A stretch of 64,000 nucleotides of DNA from NCBI GenBank assembly GCA_964234715.1, contig OZ174277.1. One strand, written 5' to 3'. The position numbers and the translations under genes are program-made. Below the pieces are notes generated by a model. That model was not told where the DNA came from and ran no database searches. It saw only the letters and a list, made by a program, of their open reading frames with translations. This DNA is from Podarcis melisellensis (taxonomy: Eukaryota). Positions 26,492 to 36,379 of the stretch are shown here, piece by piece. Within the stretch, counting starts at the first letter, position 1. Every line of letters starts with the position of its first letter.

Positions 26492-26594
26492 CTCCTGATT
26501 CCCCCCAGTGTACTAATGCAGAAAAGCTAACCAGGATATCAGTAGGCTTCAAACTATCTACAGATAAATAATAGACAATATGATCGTCCACCAT
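26492..26594 (-). CDS. ADGB: ADGB exon 17
   Basis: MVDDHIVYYLSVDSLKPTDILVSFSALVHWGESG. Confidence 0.94.
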
Positions 26595-27193
26595 CTGTAA
26601 GGAAAAAAAGAGTATCCATGTTTATTATTTATCTAGTGTTGGAGCAACTAGTATTTGGCAGCATTTGAGTTATATTTTAAACACTGTTTTTCAAATCAGT
26701 GTATGATATAAAGTGAACAATGAAAAGTCATCAAGGAAAACCTTAGGTTTTGCTTCCCCATAACATTTAGTTTCTATTTTAATCTACTGAAAAAAGTTAA
26801 GTTTATCCTAAGAATAATTTTGTGTATGGCTTCCTACAAGGGCTGCTCATTAAAGATTTTCCCTGACCCACTTCTGCTATCGTAGGAGGATGAAATTGTA
26901 CATGTATACATCTCTCCATAGGTAACGTGGTAATTTGTAGCTGCATAAAGCGATGGGAGAAGTGTGTGACTCTTGCTGGTAGCTATGTAGAGAAGGACTA
27001 ATAACTGTGCCCAGTTTCATTTGCCTCAGTCCATGGGAAGTACATCAGGGGAAATCTTTAATGAGCGCCCTTCGTAAACTACTGGTCTAAATATTTTAAA
27101 AGAGAAGACACAAAAGCTAGTTAACATGAAGCAATGGGTTTAGGAATTCTGCAATTAGATTTTACTTAATTAGCACAAAATACTTAAACATAA

Positions 27194-27377
27194 GGGACGC
27201 AGGTGGCGCTGTGGGTAAAACCTCAGTGCCTAGGACTTGCTGATCGTAAGGTTGGTGGTTCAAATCCCCGCGGTGGGGTGAGCTCGGCTCCCTCGGCCAA
27301 TAGAGCGAGATGAGCGCCGTAACCCCAGAGTCGGTCATGACTGGACCTAATGGTCAGGGGCCCCTTTACCTTTACCT
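27194..27377 (+). mobile_element. Sauria SINE, internally deleted
   Basis: GGGACGCAGGTGGCGCTGTGG head with B-box GGTTCAAATCC; (ACCTTT)n tail; a second tail fragment at about 27417-27441. Confidence 0.85.
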
Positions 27378-27951
27378 AAGAGTTCATTGCTTAGATAAAA
27401 CCTCTGATACACTTTAAGGGGTCCCTTTACCTTTACCTTTAAAAGTCACTTATCAAGTACCTTTAAGACCCTGATGTAACTATTAGTATTCCTTTGTGCA
27501 CAGTATCCCTTTTAAATAGCCAATGACCTTAGTTAAAAGTTCATCATATCTCTCGTGTTATTGTCCAGCTCATATGTCAGCCTACTATACTATACAAACC
27601 ACAAAGAGGTTTCAAAGTATTCTGAGTGAATTGATGGCAGAGGAAAAATTTAAAAATACAATTATCTAAACTTGTGTTCATACAAAACAAGGCTAAGGGA
27701 ACTAGTTTCCCTGTCAGATCCAGACTGAAATTCTGCAGTATCTCTGATCCCAAAGTATCATGATAACATTGTTTTTAATGTCTGTCATTTATATTTTAGG
27801 ATTTGTATCAATTATTTCTGTGCAAGGTTTTTGTAGATAATAACATTTTACTGGCGAATGAAAATGTTTACAGAATGGATACAAAACTGGGATTCACAAT
27901 GCCGTTATAGTTTACAAAGAGATGAATAAATCATGTAGTCAGTGCACTTAC

Positions 27952-28015
27952 TCTAAAATCTGACTTCTGATAGGTGTAGCTATAGGTATTTGGCTTGTGG
28001 AAAACATATAAATTC
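27952..28015 (-). CDS. ADGB: ADGB exon 16
   Basis: NLYVFHKPNTYSYTYQKSDFR. Confidence 0.93.
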
Positions 28016-29453
28016 CTAAGGAAAGCAAACATCATTATTTTAGCATTAATTATACAGAAACCTCCCACTCATGCTGTGCATCACATTTTACTGAATTATA
28101 AGAGAACGGAAACAAACCATCAGGATTCTTTGAACAGTTACTCAGTATGTTATTACCATCTAGCAATAGAAGTTAACTTCCAAATTACATGAGTTTCTGA
28201 AATTGAAAATGTGAATAATCTGTCACCATTCTGAACTGCAAGCAGTAATTAAGTCTGTTTCCATTGTTCATTTAGGCTACAATCCTGTACTCCATTGCGG
28301 AGAGTAGGCCCCATGGAATTGAATGAGACTTGTTTTTTAATTGATGTGCATAGGATTGCACTGGTAGTTGTGGTTGCAGCCATGACAGAACTCTTCCATT
28401 ACCCCTTTATCATGTTCAGGTTGAATTTAGGATGTTTATGAGCATCAAATCTGATGTAAAAAATATAACCATGTGCTTAGGATTTCCCTAAATGCTAAAA
28501 TGTTATGTGAAAGGGCCTTTTTACTTGTACATTTTTTTCATTTCACTGTAACTGTGTTTTCATAAATAAAATAATATTTGGCATTTTAAGTCAATTATGT
28601 ATGAGGGAAGAATGTGTCCAGTGAGTCATTCTTATGTCCAGGAGATGTAGAACCAAAAACCAATGTGAAAGCATATAGAGTAAGTTCAAAGAACCTGGTT
28701 TCAGGTATGGGGCAGCAAGAGGCAGAATGGCAAGAACTGCAAGGGACCAAGAGCTCTGGGGGGGGGGGGGAGTAAAATGGAGCTTGCAAAAGTGCTTTTG
28801 TAACCAACCAGACAGGCCTACAGACCTATGGGCTGAGATGACATCTGTGACCTTATGGGTCTAGCCATTGCCATTGAGTATGTGCAGCTTGTTCTCTAAG
28901 TAACAATGGAGGGGGAATGCTAGGAGTTTGGCAACTGCTTTTGAAGACAATTATTCTTGAAAATTGATGTTAAATTTATTAAAGAAGGTTATCAGACATC
29001 ACAGAAATCTCTTACTGGGCAACATTCATTGTTGCATGAGTGGACTTTTGCTTGCACAATGGGACTTCCCCTTTTTCTCTGCCATCATATCCTCCCCAAA
29101 TCTACTCCAGGGGGTCCCTGAACCATCAAGAACAGCTTTTGAATGTATGCAGAGGACTGCAATGGGAAGGAAAGGAAGGGAAAGTTCTGTCACACCAGTA
29201 GAAGTCCATTCTCCTAGTGGTGGCCACCACTGGCCACCATCCATTGTCTTAAAGAAAATACAGCATAATTTGCTAGGAATCATCAGATGGCAGATTTATA
29301 AGAAAATCTGCTGAATTTCTAGTATGTACCACAGGGACGGAGGATGCCTTTTGTGTAGCAGCCATGAGTCACCTACACAAATTTGAAGGATAATTTGCAA
29401 AAGTCCACAAAAGAAGATATAGCCTCTGTAACAATAATAAAAGCATGCCTTAC

Positions 29454-29619
29454 TGAAAACTAACACAGAAATCTTCATAGTCCATCCATATTTCCTTGGA
29501 GATGGGGCTCTTTTCTGATTCAATCTCTTCCTGAGATTTATTTCCTAACTGGTTATTAGTAGGTTCTGTTGATTCTGGCATTGGAGCTGCTTCACTACTT
29601 ATTTTTTCAGTCGATTCCC
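29454..29619 (-). CDS. ADGB: ADGB exon 15
   Basis: ...SPISKEIWMDYEDFCVSF; CAG/GTAAG. Confidence 0.92.
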
Positions 29620-30280
29620 CTGCACAGATAAGGGGGGGGGGGAGATTTCCTTAAGTTTACACTCAGAAATGAAAGACTATATTCTACTGGTCAAGTTGAG
29701 AAACATAAACAGGGCAAAATTATCCTAGTAATTTATCACAAAGCAACTTAGCAATACTGTATATGTATACCTGTAACAGCCTAAATCCTCACTGATTGCT
29801 GTGAAGCTGCATGCACTACAAAGGCAAATGCTTTGAAGATAAATGGACTGAACTATTCTTTCTTCTCTTAAAAAGGTAAAGAAAGGGGAGAGATTGAATT
29901 TCTAACTCCCAGAAAGCAGCAGAGTAAGGCAGCCTTCTTTAACCTGGTGCCCTTCCGATATTTTGGAATACAACTCCAATCAGTCCCAGCCAGCAACACT
30001 GTACAAAACATCTGAAAGGTACCAGGTTGGGAAGGGGATGTTTGTCCAGCAACATAAGCACAGATGAACTATCAATACATCAGAAGAAAATTTTCAAAAG
30101 CAGAGAAGCATTTTTTAGAATATACACCAAGACAGCTGCTAAATAATGACTGAATCCAGGACGATTTGTCCATAAAGCGTGTTCTCCATTAACAGAGAGC
30201 ACGTGTTGCGGTTGGGGGAACAGGCCACCTTGCCATGACTAGGCAGTTTTGGAGAAACCTAAGCCTGCTAAAGGGTTAAG

Positions 30281-30339
30281 ATTGGGTACTGGGAATTGAT
30301 TGTAGCCAATTTTAGAGGAGGGGTCAGAGTATATAAATA
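30281..30339 (+). promoter_or_regulatory. Internal Pol II promoter of the YR element (CCAAT boxes plus TATA)
   Basis: ATTGG 30281-30285, CCAAT 30306-30310, TATATAAATA 30330-30339. Confidence 0.6.
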
Positions 30340-31230
30340 TAGAGGACAGACGCTGGGCCTTCCTCTTGGCCGTTTTGCATCGGATCAGGAGCTGCGCTGA
30401 TACGGTTGTATACTGCCTTGCTTTCGATTTCATTGGGCCTAGTTAAGTGGGCTGCCACCCCATCCTTTCCCTGCCTTAATTTTCCCCGTCCCCCTTTCCT
30501 TTTCCCCCTCATCTCTCCTGTGAGTTAATTTTGATTTTCTATTTAGTTTCTTATTATTTTGAAAGCAGGGAGAGCAACCAGTTTAGCCAAGGCTTGAGGG
30601 TGGGCTCCCCCCCCCCCCGCCTTGCGGGCCCTGCCTTCGGGCTGGGGCGCCGGGCTTTCGCCTTAATTACGGAGCGAACGCTGCCGGCTACCCGCGGCTG
30701 TTGAGGCTCGGCTTTGGATCTCTCCCTCTCCCGCTGATAGTGCGCTCGGGTCGGGGCCTAGTGCCGGGGAGACGACGGGGGTTTTGGCGAGTTCCTTGGG
30801 CCTACTGGTGCTCCCGTTGGGCCTAGGAGCCCTCCCCCCCTCCTAAGAAACCGGAGTTTTCTCCCTTACCTTTTTTTTTTTTTTTTTTTTTTGCGGCTTC
30901 CGGCCGCCGCGGCGGGACGGTGTTTTTTCCCGGCCTCTTCCCGTGCCGCGCCACGCCCGCCTCGCAGCGAGTGTCCTTCGGGCCTTTGCGGCTGCGGGGG
31001 CCCTTCTTTTAAATTCTCCGTCCGCAGCTGCCTTTCGGCGCGAGCGGCGGAGCGGCGGAGGAGTGCGGGCGGCCTGACTTGCTGCCGGAGCTCTCTTCCG
31101 GCGGCGGCAGCGTAGCCGGGACGGAGCGTCGGCGCTGGGGGACTGGGCCTCCTTGATTGCCCTGCTTCCCTCTCGCTTAACGTAGCGGGGCCGCGTCCCC
31201 GGGATCGGGTGCGGCTGCCCGCGTTTGCGC

Positions 31231-31450
31231 CCGCCATTTTGGTGCCTCCGTCGTCGTGCTACCGCGCCTGAAGTTTCCCTTGGTGGCTGTTGCCTTCTGG
31301 CTGCGCCACCTGGTGGCCAATTGCGGTTATTGCGGCCTGGGCCACCCGGGGGGCTCCCCCTGGTGGCGCAGTGAAGCACTGCGCCTTATTCCTGGAAGGC
31401 CTGTGGGGCTCTCCGGCGCCCCCTGCTGGTGGCACATAGGCAGTGCAGCC
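31231..31450 (-). promoter_or_regulatory. YY1 motif plus three co-oriented CTCF motifs in the element leader
   Basis: CCGCCATTTT 31231-31240. Minus strand: CCACCAGGTGGCGC (31303-31316), CCACCAGGGGGAGC (31353-31366), CCAGCAGGGGGCGC (31416-31429). Confidence 0.7.
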
Positions 31451-31590
31451 ACAATCGGCTTAATTGTTTCCTAGCTTCTACCGTTTAGTGCAAAGAAATT
31501 AAAAGAATAATAGAATAATTGATATTATTTAAACTGAATACAAATACGATTCTAAAATAAATAATTAAATATACTGTGTATGTTTCTAAT

Positions 31591-31617
31591 TAGATAGATA
31601 GATAGATAGATAGATAG
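31591..31617. repeat. (TAGA)n microsatellite inside the YR element leader
   Basis: Seen directly. Confidence 0.92.
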
Positions 31618-31747
31618 GCTAGACTGCCTGGAACTTCACTTGTGATTGTACTATTCCCTTTAATTATATTCAGCCCCTTGTCTGTGGCCACTAGTGACGC
31701 TTGGCTCTGATAATAATTGACTCTCACTTTGATTCCTAATAGCAGGT

Positions 31748-33277
31748 ATGGCCCCTAAAAAGAAGGTCGCTGCCCGTCCCGGCCCAGCCTCTGGTGCGAA
31801 ACGGCCCATTAGAGGTCCATCGCAGGCGCTTCGCTCTCCCACCCCAAACCAACCGGTGGGACGTGTGCAATCTTTGGTGGACAGTATGGCCGGCGATCCG
31901 GTGGCCTTGTCTCGCTTCGCAGCTGAGATGGATGGTTTTCTTCAACAGTGCTCTGCTCAGCCTTCAACGTCTGGAAGGCGCCCTCCCCCAGTGGTGGCAC
32001 CATTCCCAGCGTCGCCGTCATCTAGTGATGAGGAGAGAGATGGCTCATCATCTAGGGGTTTGATGACTGATTCCCAGTTAGCCCGTCCCCGTGCCTTACC
32101 TGCTGCTCGCGGACGTGCACGGAGACCGCGCCGTTCCTCTGGGAGGGCCGTGGGAAGAAGAGGCCCTTTGGCGTCATCCACCCGCCAAAGTCTCCTCACC
32201 CAACCTTCGGGCGAGGTTGCGTCAGGTTCCGGTATCTCACCTGTTGTTTCTCCTCACTCAGCTCCTGGTACATCTCACCTGAGTCCTGATTCTGAGTCTT
32301 CCATTGAGGACAGTTTGCCGGTTCCTGCCAAGAAGTCTTCAGGCGGTAAGCGTCACCGCAGGAGGTCTTCCCGGAAGCGTGCCAAGCGGAGGAGGGGCGA
32401 CTCATCTTCCTCCTATACTGGTACGTCATCCTCCAGTTCTGATGATGAGTCTAGCGCTTCCAGGGAACTCTATTGGGGTTTTGGTGAATCGGCTGCAGGT
32501 CTTCCTCGGTGGGCTTGGGAGCGTAGGGCCAACACGCATCGGGCAAGGTATGGTGCAGTTCAAGAATGCAAGGATGGTGTGCTGGTACCTGACGTTAAAG
32601 TCTCTACCAATTCCGCCAGAGACATTATCCCAGGTTCGCATTTGTCTACAAAACTGCGGTCCAGAGTTTTGAATGGTCGTTATGTGGACATTTTCAAACT
32701 GGCCCCTCCTTCCGAGGACCAGGAGAAGGGGACTTCAGCGAAGAAGCGCCAGGGTGCCCTAGTTACAGACAGGACTTTCGAACACTGGCTTGATTGTTTC
32801 CAAGTCTTTGCCGGAGTGGTCGTGGCGGCTTATCCTCGGAGATCCCTCCATCTGATAGTTTACTTATCTATTGTTCGCTCCGCTTTCACCAAAGCTGGTG
32901 AGAAGGCTGCGATAAAATATGATGAGAACTTCAGGCGCCGAGCTGCCAAGATTCCTTCAGCTCGATGGGATCGTAAGGATCTAGACGTGTGGACTACCTA
33001 TGTAGCTCCACTCATCGAAAAGAAGGTGTCTGAACCTCAGAAGCAGAGGGCTTTGCCGTTTAGGCCTAGCCGTCGCCTGCCATGCTGGGAGTTTAATAAG
33101 GGTTCCTGTCAGCGCCAAGGGTGCAAGTATGCCCACATGTGTGAAAAATGCAATGGTTCGCATCCGGCTTCCTCGTGTTATGGGAGTAGGCGGCCTTTTC
33201 GTGGAGGAAAAGGGGGTTCTCAGCAACCCCCCAAGCAAAACACCCCTCTCCCTTCCACATCAGGAACAGGAAAATAG
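31748..33277 (+). CDS. Gag-like ORF1 of the YR retrotransposon (509 aa)
   Basis: C-terminal C-x7-C-x4-C-x3-H plus C-x2-C-x3-H-x4-C zinc fingers; Ser/Arg-rich N-half; sits upstream of and overlaps RT. Confidence 0.88.
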   Translation: MAPKKKVAARPGPASGAKRPIRGPSQALRSPTPNQPVGRVQSLVDSMAGDPVALSRFAAEMDGFLQQCSAQPSTSGRRPPPVVAPFPASPSSSDEERDGSSSRGLMTDSQLARPRALPAARGRARRPRRSSGRAVGRRGPLASSTRQSLLTQPSGEVASGSGISPVVSPHSAPGTSHLSPDSESSIEDSLPVPAKKSSGGKRHRRRSSRKRAKRRRGDSSSSYTGTSSSSSDDESSASRELYWGFGESAAGLPRWAWERRANTHRARYGAVQECKDGVLVPDVKVSTNSARDIIPGSHLSTKLRSRVLNGRYVDIFKLAPPSEDQEKGTSAKKRQGALVTDRTFEHWLDCFQVFAGVVVAAYPRRSLHLIVYLSIVRSAFTKAGEKAAIKYDENFRRRAAKIPSARWDRKDLDVWTTYVAPLIEKKVSEPQKQRALPFRPSRRLPCWEFNKGSCQRQGCKYAHMCEKCNGSHPASSCYGSRRPFRGGKGGSQQPPKQNTPLPSTSGTGK

Positions 33278-34883
33278 GGTATTGACCTCCTTGGCTCATT
33301 CCCCTGTTCGTTTGCCGGCCCTACAATTCTGGTTGCAGTCATATCCTAATAGGGTCGCTGCAGGTTACTTGAGTGATGGTTTTTCGGTTGGTTTTCGGAT
33401 TCCGGTAGCCATGCCTCCCGTGGCACGGAATCCTTCTAACCAAAAGTCGGTTCGCGAGCTGCCCGAGGTTGCTCGCAGGAAGATTGCGAAGGAGTTGGCC
33501 ATGCATCGCATGGCTGGTCCTTTTAGTGCCCCTCCCTTCCTCAACTTCCATGTCTCCCCATTGGGTATAGTGCCGAAGAAGGCGCCAGGTGAATTTCGTT
33601 TAATTCATAATTTGTCAAACCCCAGAGGTACCTCAGTCAATGATGTTATTCCTCCGGAGCTCTGCTCCGTGAGGTATGCATCTCTTGATCAAGCAATCAA
33701 GATGATTAGGAAGTTTGGCCTGGGTGCCCTGTTAGCGAAATGTGATATTGAGTCGGCGTTTCGCCTCCTCCCGGTTCATCCGGATGACTTTTGGCTGCTG
33801 GGTTTTCAGTTTGAGGGCAAATTTTACTTTGATAAAGCCATGCCTATGGGCTGTTCTATTGCCTGTGCTGCGTTTGAATCCTTTAGCACCTTTTTGGAGT
33901 GGGCCCTCAAATTTAAAACTGGATTGGGTGGGGTCACTCATTATTTGGATGATTTTTTACTGGCCTCCGCTCATGACACTGGCGATTGTTCGGTGTTGCT
34001 GCACGCCTTTGCTGAACTCACGCAAGAGCTGGGGGTCCCGCTTGCAGCAGAAAAGACGGAGGGCCCATCAACCCAGCTTACTTACTTGGGTATCCTGCTG
34101 GATACAGTTTCCCAGACTTCTAGCTTGCCAATGGACAAGCTGGTAGCCTTGAAGAAAGTCATAGAGGAGCTACTCCCTTTAGAAAAGGTATCTCTTAAAC
34201 AAATCCAGTCATTACTAGGGCACCTAAACTTCGCGTGCAGGGTTGTGGCGCCTGGGCGCCCCTTCTGTTCGCGCCTGGCTCGGCTTACGGTGGGGTTGAG
34301 GGCCCCACACCATCGCGTGCGCCTTTCCAAAGGGGTGAGGACTGATCTTTCCATATGGTTGGAATTCTTGGAGGAATTCAATGGGGTGTCCTTATGGCAA
34401 GACACGCTGAACTTGCGCAATGATTTTCAGGTTCAATCGGACGCTGCAGGTTCCCTGGGCTTCGGCCTTTACTGGAAAGGGCGTTGGTGCGCCGAGCGTT
34501 GGCCGCCTGCGTGGCAGGGGGGAGAGATCACACGGGACCTAACATTTCTCGAGTTTTTTCCCATTGCAGTGGCGGTGCATTTGTGGGTCGAGGAATTCAG
34601 GAACCGTCGTGTCTGCTTCTGGACCGATAACCAGGCGGTGGTGAATGTGCTGGCAAAGCTGTCTTCACGCTCACCCAGGGTGTCGGCCTTATTGCGGGTT
34701 TTCGTGTTGCATTGTTTACGCTATAATATAGTGTTTTCTGCACGTTTTATTCCTGGGGTGTCTAATGAAATTGCTGATGCTCTGTCCCGTTTTCAGATGG
34801 AGCGGTTCAGACTTCTGGTTCCAGAGGCACGGATACGTCCGGAATATTTCCCGGATCATCTCTGGAACCTTGGCAGCAATTAG
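33129..34883 (+). CDS. Reverse transcriptase-RNase H (584 aa ORF)
   Basis: SPLGIVPKK..FRLIHNLS, KCDIESAFR, MPMG, YLDD; RNase H SDAAG / LEFFPI / WTDN / NEIADALSR; no internal stops. Confidence 0.96.
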   Translation: MPTCVKNAMVRIRLPRVMGVGGLFVEEKGVLSNPPSKTPLSLPHQEQENRVLTSLAHSPVRLPALQFWLQSYPNRVAAGYLSDGFSVGFRIPVAMPPVARNPSNQKSVRELPEVARRKIAKELAMHRMAGPFSAPPFLNFHVSPLGIVPKKAPGEFRLIHNLSNPRGTSVNDVIPPELCSVRYASLDQAIKMIRKFGLGALLAKCDIESAFRLLPVHPDDFWLLGFQFEGKFYFDKAMPMGCSIACAAFESFSTFLEWALKFKTGLGGVTHYLDDFLLASAHDTGDCSVLLHAFAELTQELGVPLAAEKTEGPSTQLTYLGILLDTVSQTSSLPMDKLVALKKVIEELLPLEKVSLKQIQSLLGHLNFACRVVAPGRPFCSRLARLTVGLRAPHHRVRLSKGVRTDLSIWLEFLEEFNGVSLWQDTLNLRNDFQVQSDAAGSLGFGLYWKGRWCAERWPPAWQGGEITRDLTFLEFFPIAVAVHLWVEEFRNRRVCFWTDNQAVVNVLAKLSSRSPRVSALLRVFVLHCLRYNIVFSARFIPGVSNEIADALSRFQMERFRLLVPEARIRPEYFPDHLWNLGSN

Positions 34884-34885
34884 TT

Positions 34886-35770
34886 TTGCAGGGAGTAGCG
34901 GCATCTGTTTCCCCTTCTACTCTTAGATCTTATACGAAAGCTTGGTCTGATTTTTTGACGTTTAATTCCCGGCCGGCCAGCGATTTAAGAGGCATCCCGC
35001 CCACCTCTTCAGAGGTGTTAAGTTATTTGGCGCATTTATTTCAGCTGGGGCGTGCTGCAAAAACTATTAAAATACATGCAGCTGCTATAACGTTTTTCTC
35101 TAGAACAGTTTTCGACAAAGACCCCTGTGCGAAGTTTATGGTGCGCAAGGCCCTAGAAGGCTGGGGGAGGCTTCGCCCTTCCCAGCCAGTTTCACGGCGC
35201 CCCATCTCTTTTGACTTGTTGAGTAAGATGCGCAAGAAATTGCGGGAGGTGTGCTGGTCGGCGTACGAGGCTCGCCTTTTCTCAGCTGCCTTTTCTATAG
35301 CCTTTTTCGGAGCCTTGAGAGTGGGTGAGCTGGTATTGGAAGATCTCAGGGATGGCCGTTCCAGGGGCCTTTTGCTACGGGACGTGCAGTTGTTCCCTGC
35401 AGAGCTAAGAATCACAGTTAGGAACTCAAAGACGGATCAGGAGGGTAGGGGTGCTCTCATTCATCTCCCTGCTACGGAAACAGCTGGCCCTTGCCCTGTA
35501 AAGGATGTCGGCAAGTATTTGGCAGTGCGTGCCTCAGGTGATGGGCCTCTGCTTCGGCATGAAAATGGGTTGCCCCTAACGAGACGCCAGTTTGCTCACG
35601 TGATGCGAAAGGCGATTCGGGCCTGTGGTGGCTCGACTGATGGTTTTGCCCCGCATTCTTTTAGGATTGGGGCTGCGACGACGGCTGCCCACTGGGGCTT
35701 GTCGGCCACTAGAATAAAGGATATGGGTCGCTGGAAGTCGAACGCGTTTCGAGGTTATGTCCGTCAATAA
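34886..35770 (+). CDS. Tyrosine recombinase (frame open from 34778; no ATG ahead of the conserved region)
   Basis: Catalytic residues present: GALRVGEL (R), NSKTDQ (K), HSFRIGAAT (HxxR), GRWKSNAFRGY (W, Y). Confidence 0.94.
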   Translation: MQGVAASVSPSTLRSYTKAWSDFLTFNSRPASDLRGIPPTSSEVLSYLAHLFQLGRAAKTIKIHAAAITFFSRTVFDKDPCAKFMVRKALEGWGRLRPSQPVSRRPISFDLLSKMRKKLREVCWSAYEARLFSAAFSIAFFGALRVGELVLEDLRDGRSRGLLLRDVQLFPAELRITVRNSKTDQEGRGALIHLPATETAGPCPVKDVGKYLAVRASGDGPLLRHENGLPLTRRQFAHVMRKAIRACGGSTDGFAPHSFRIGAATTAAHWGLSATRIKDMGRWKSNAFRGYVRQ

Positions 35771-36371
35771 TTTTGGTTACTTACAGTGTCGTTTTTTGTA
35801 TATCTTAGGTCTGGAGGCTGTCCGCATCTGGCTGGTGGGGCACAGCATCGTCCATTGGGCTGGTGTTGCAGCACAACAGTCCGGACTGGGTCCAGATCTT
35901 GGCTTCCCTCCACATGTTCAGCTATCGTGGCTGTCCAGACGGGGAATGCGTTGGCCGGAGTTCCTGCCACGGATCCGTAATCAGTTGCGTTTGGAAGGGC
36001 CCCCAGCGGCTGTGGTGGTACAGCTGGGTGAGAACGACCTGGTATCCACGGACTGTCTTTCACTTCGTGCTGCAATTTTGGGTGACCTGGAGACGTTGCG
36101 GGCATGGGTGCCGTCAGCAAAAATATTTTGGTCTAAGCTGTTGCAACGTCGCATTTGGTTGGGCAGTCGTCGCCCAGCAGCCACAGAAAGGGCCAGGAAA
36201 CGCGTCAATGCAGAGGTGGCAAAGAAAGTTGTTGAGCTGGGTGGTGACGTGATTTCCCATCCAGGAATTAAGTTCCAGGCGGCATCACTCTTTAGGGCCG
36301 ATGGTGTGCATCTTTCAGCCTCAGGGAATGAGGTTTGGCTGGGTGCAGTGGTGGCCAAGCTGAGGGCTTGA
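35757..36371 (+). CDS. SGNH/GDSL-type hydrolase
   Basis: Block I LVGHS, block II RRG, block III LGEND, block V DGVH. Confidence 0.9.
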   Translation: MSVNNFGYLQCRFLYILGLEAVRIWLVGHSIVHWAGVAAQQSGLGPDLGFPPHVQLSWLSRRGMRWPEFLPRIRNQLRLEGPPAAVVVQLGENDLVSTDCLSLRAAILGDLETLRAWVPSAKIFWSKLLQRRIWLGSRRPAATERARKRVNAEVAKKVVELGGDVISHPGIKFQAASLFRADGVHLSASGNEVWLGAVVAKLRA

Positions 36372-36379
36372 TTGGGATG

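Noticed and set aside
30843-31474. Arg/Ala/Gly-rich ORFs on both strands in the element leader
   Set aside because: By-products of very high GC and a poly(T) run; no recognisable domain; non-ATG or weak starts.
34886-35770. Phage integrase or bacterial contamination
   Set aside because: The YR is linked to Gag and DIRS-type RT, has eukaryotic promoter, splice and poly(A) signals, and sits cleanly inside an ADGB intron.
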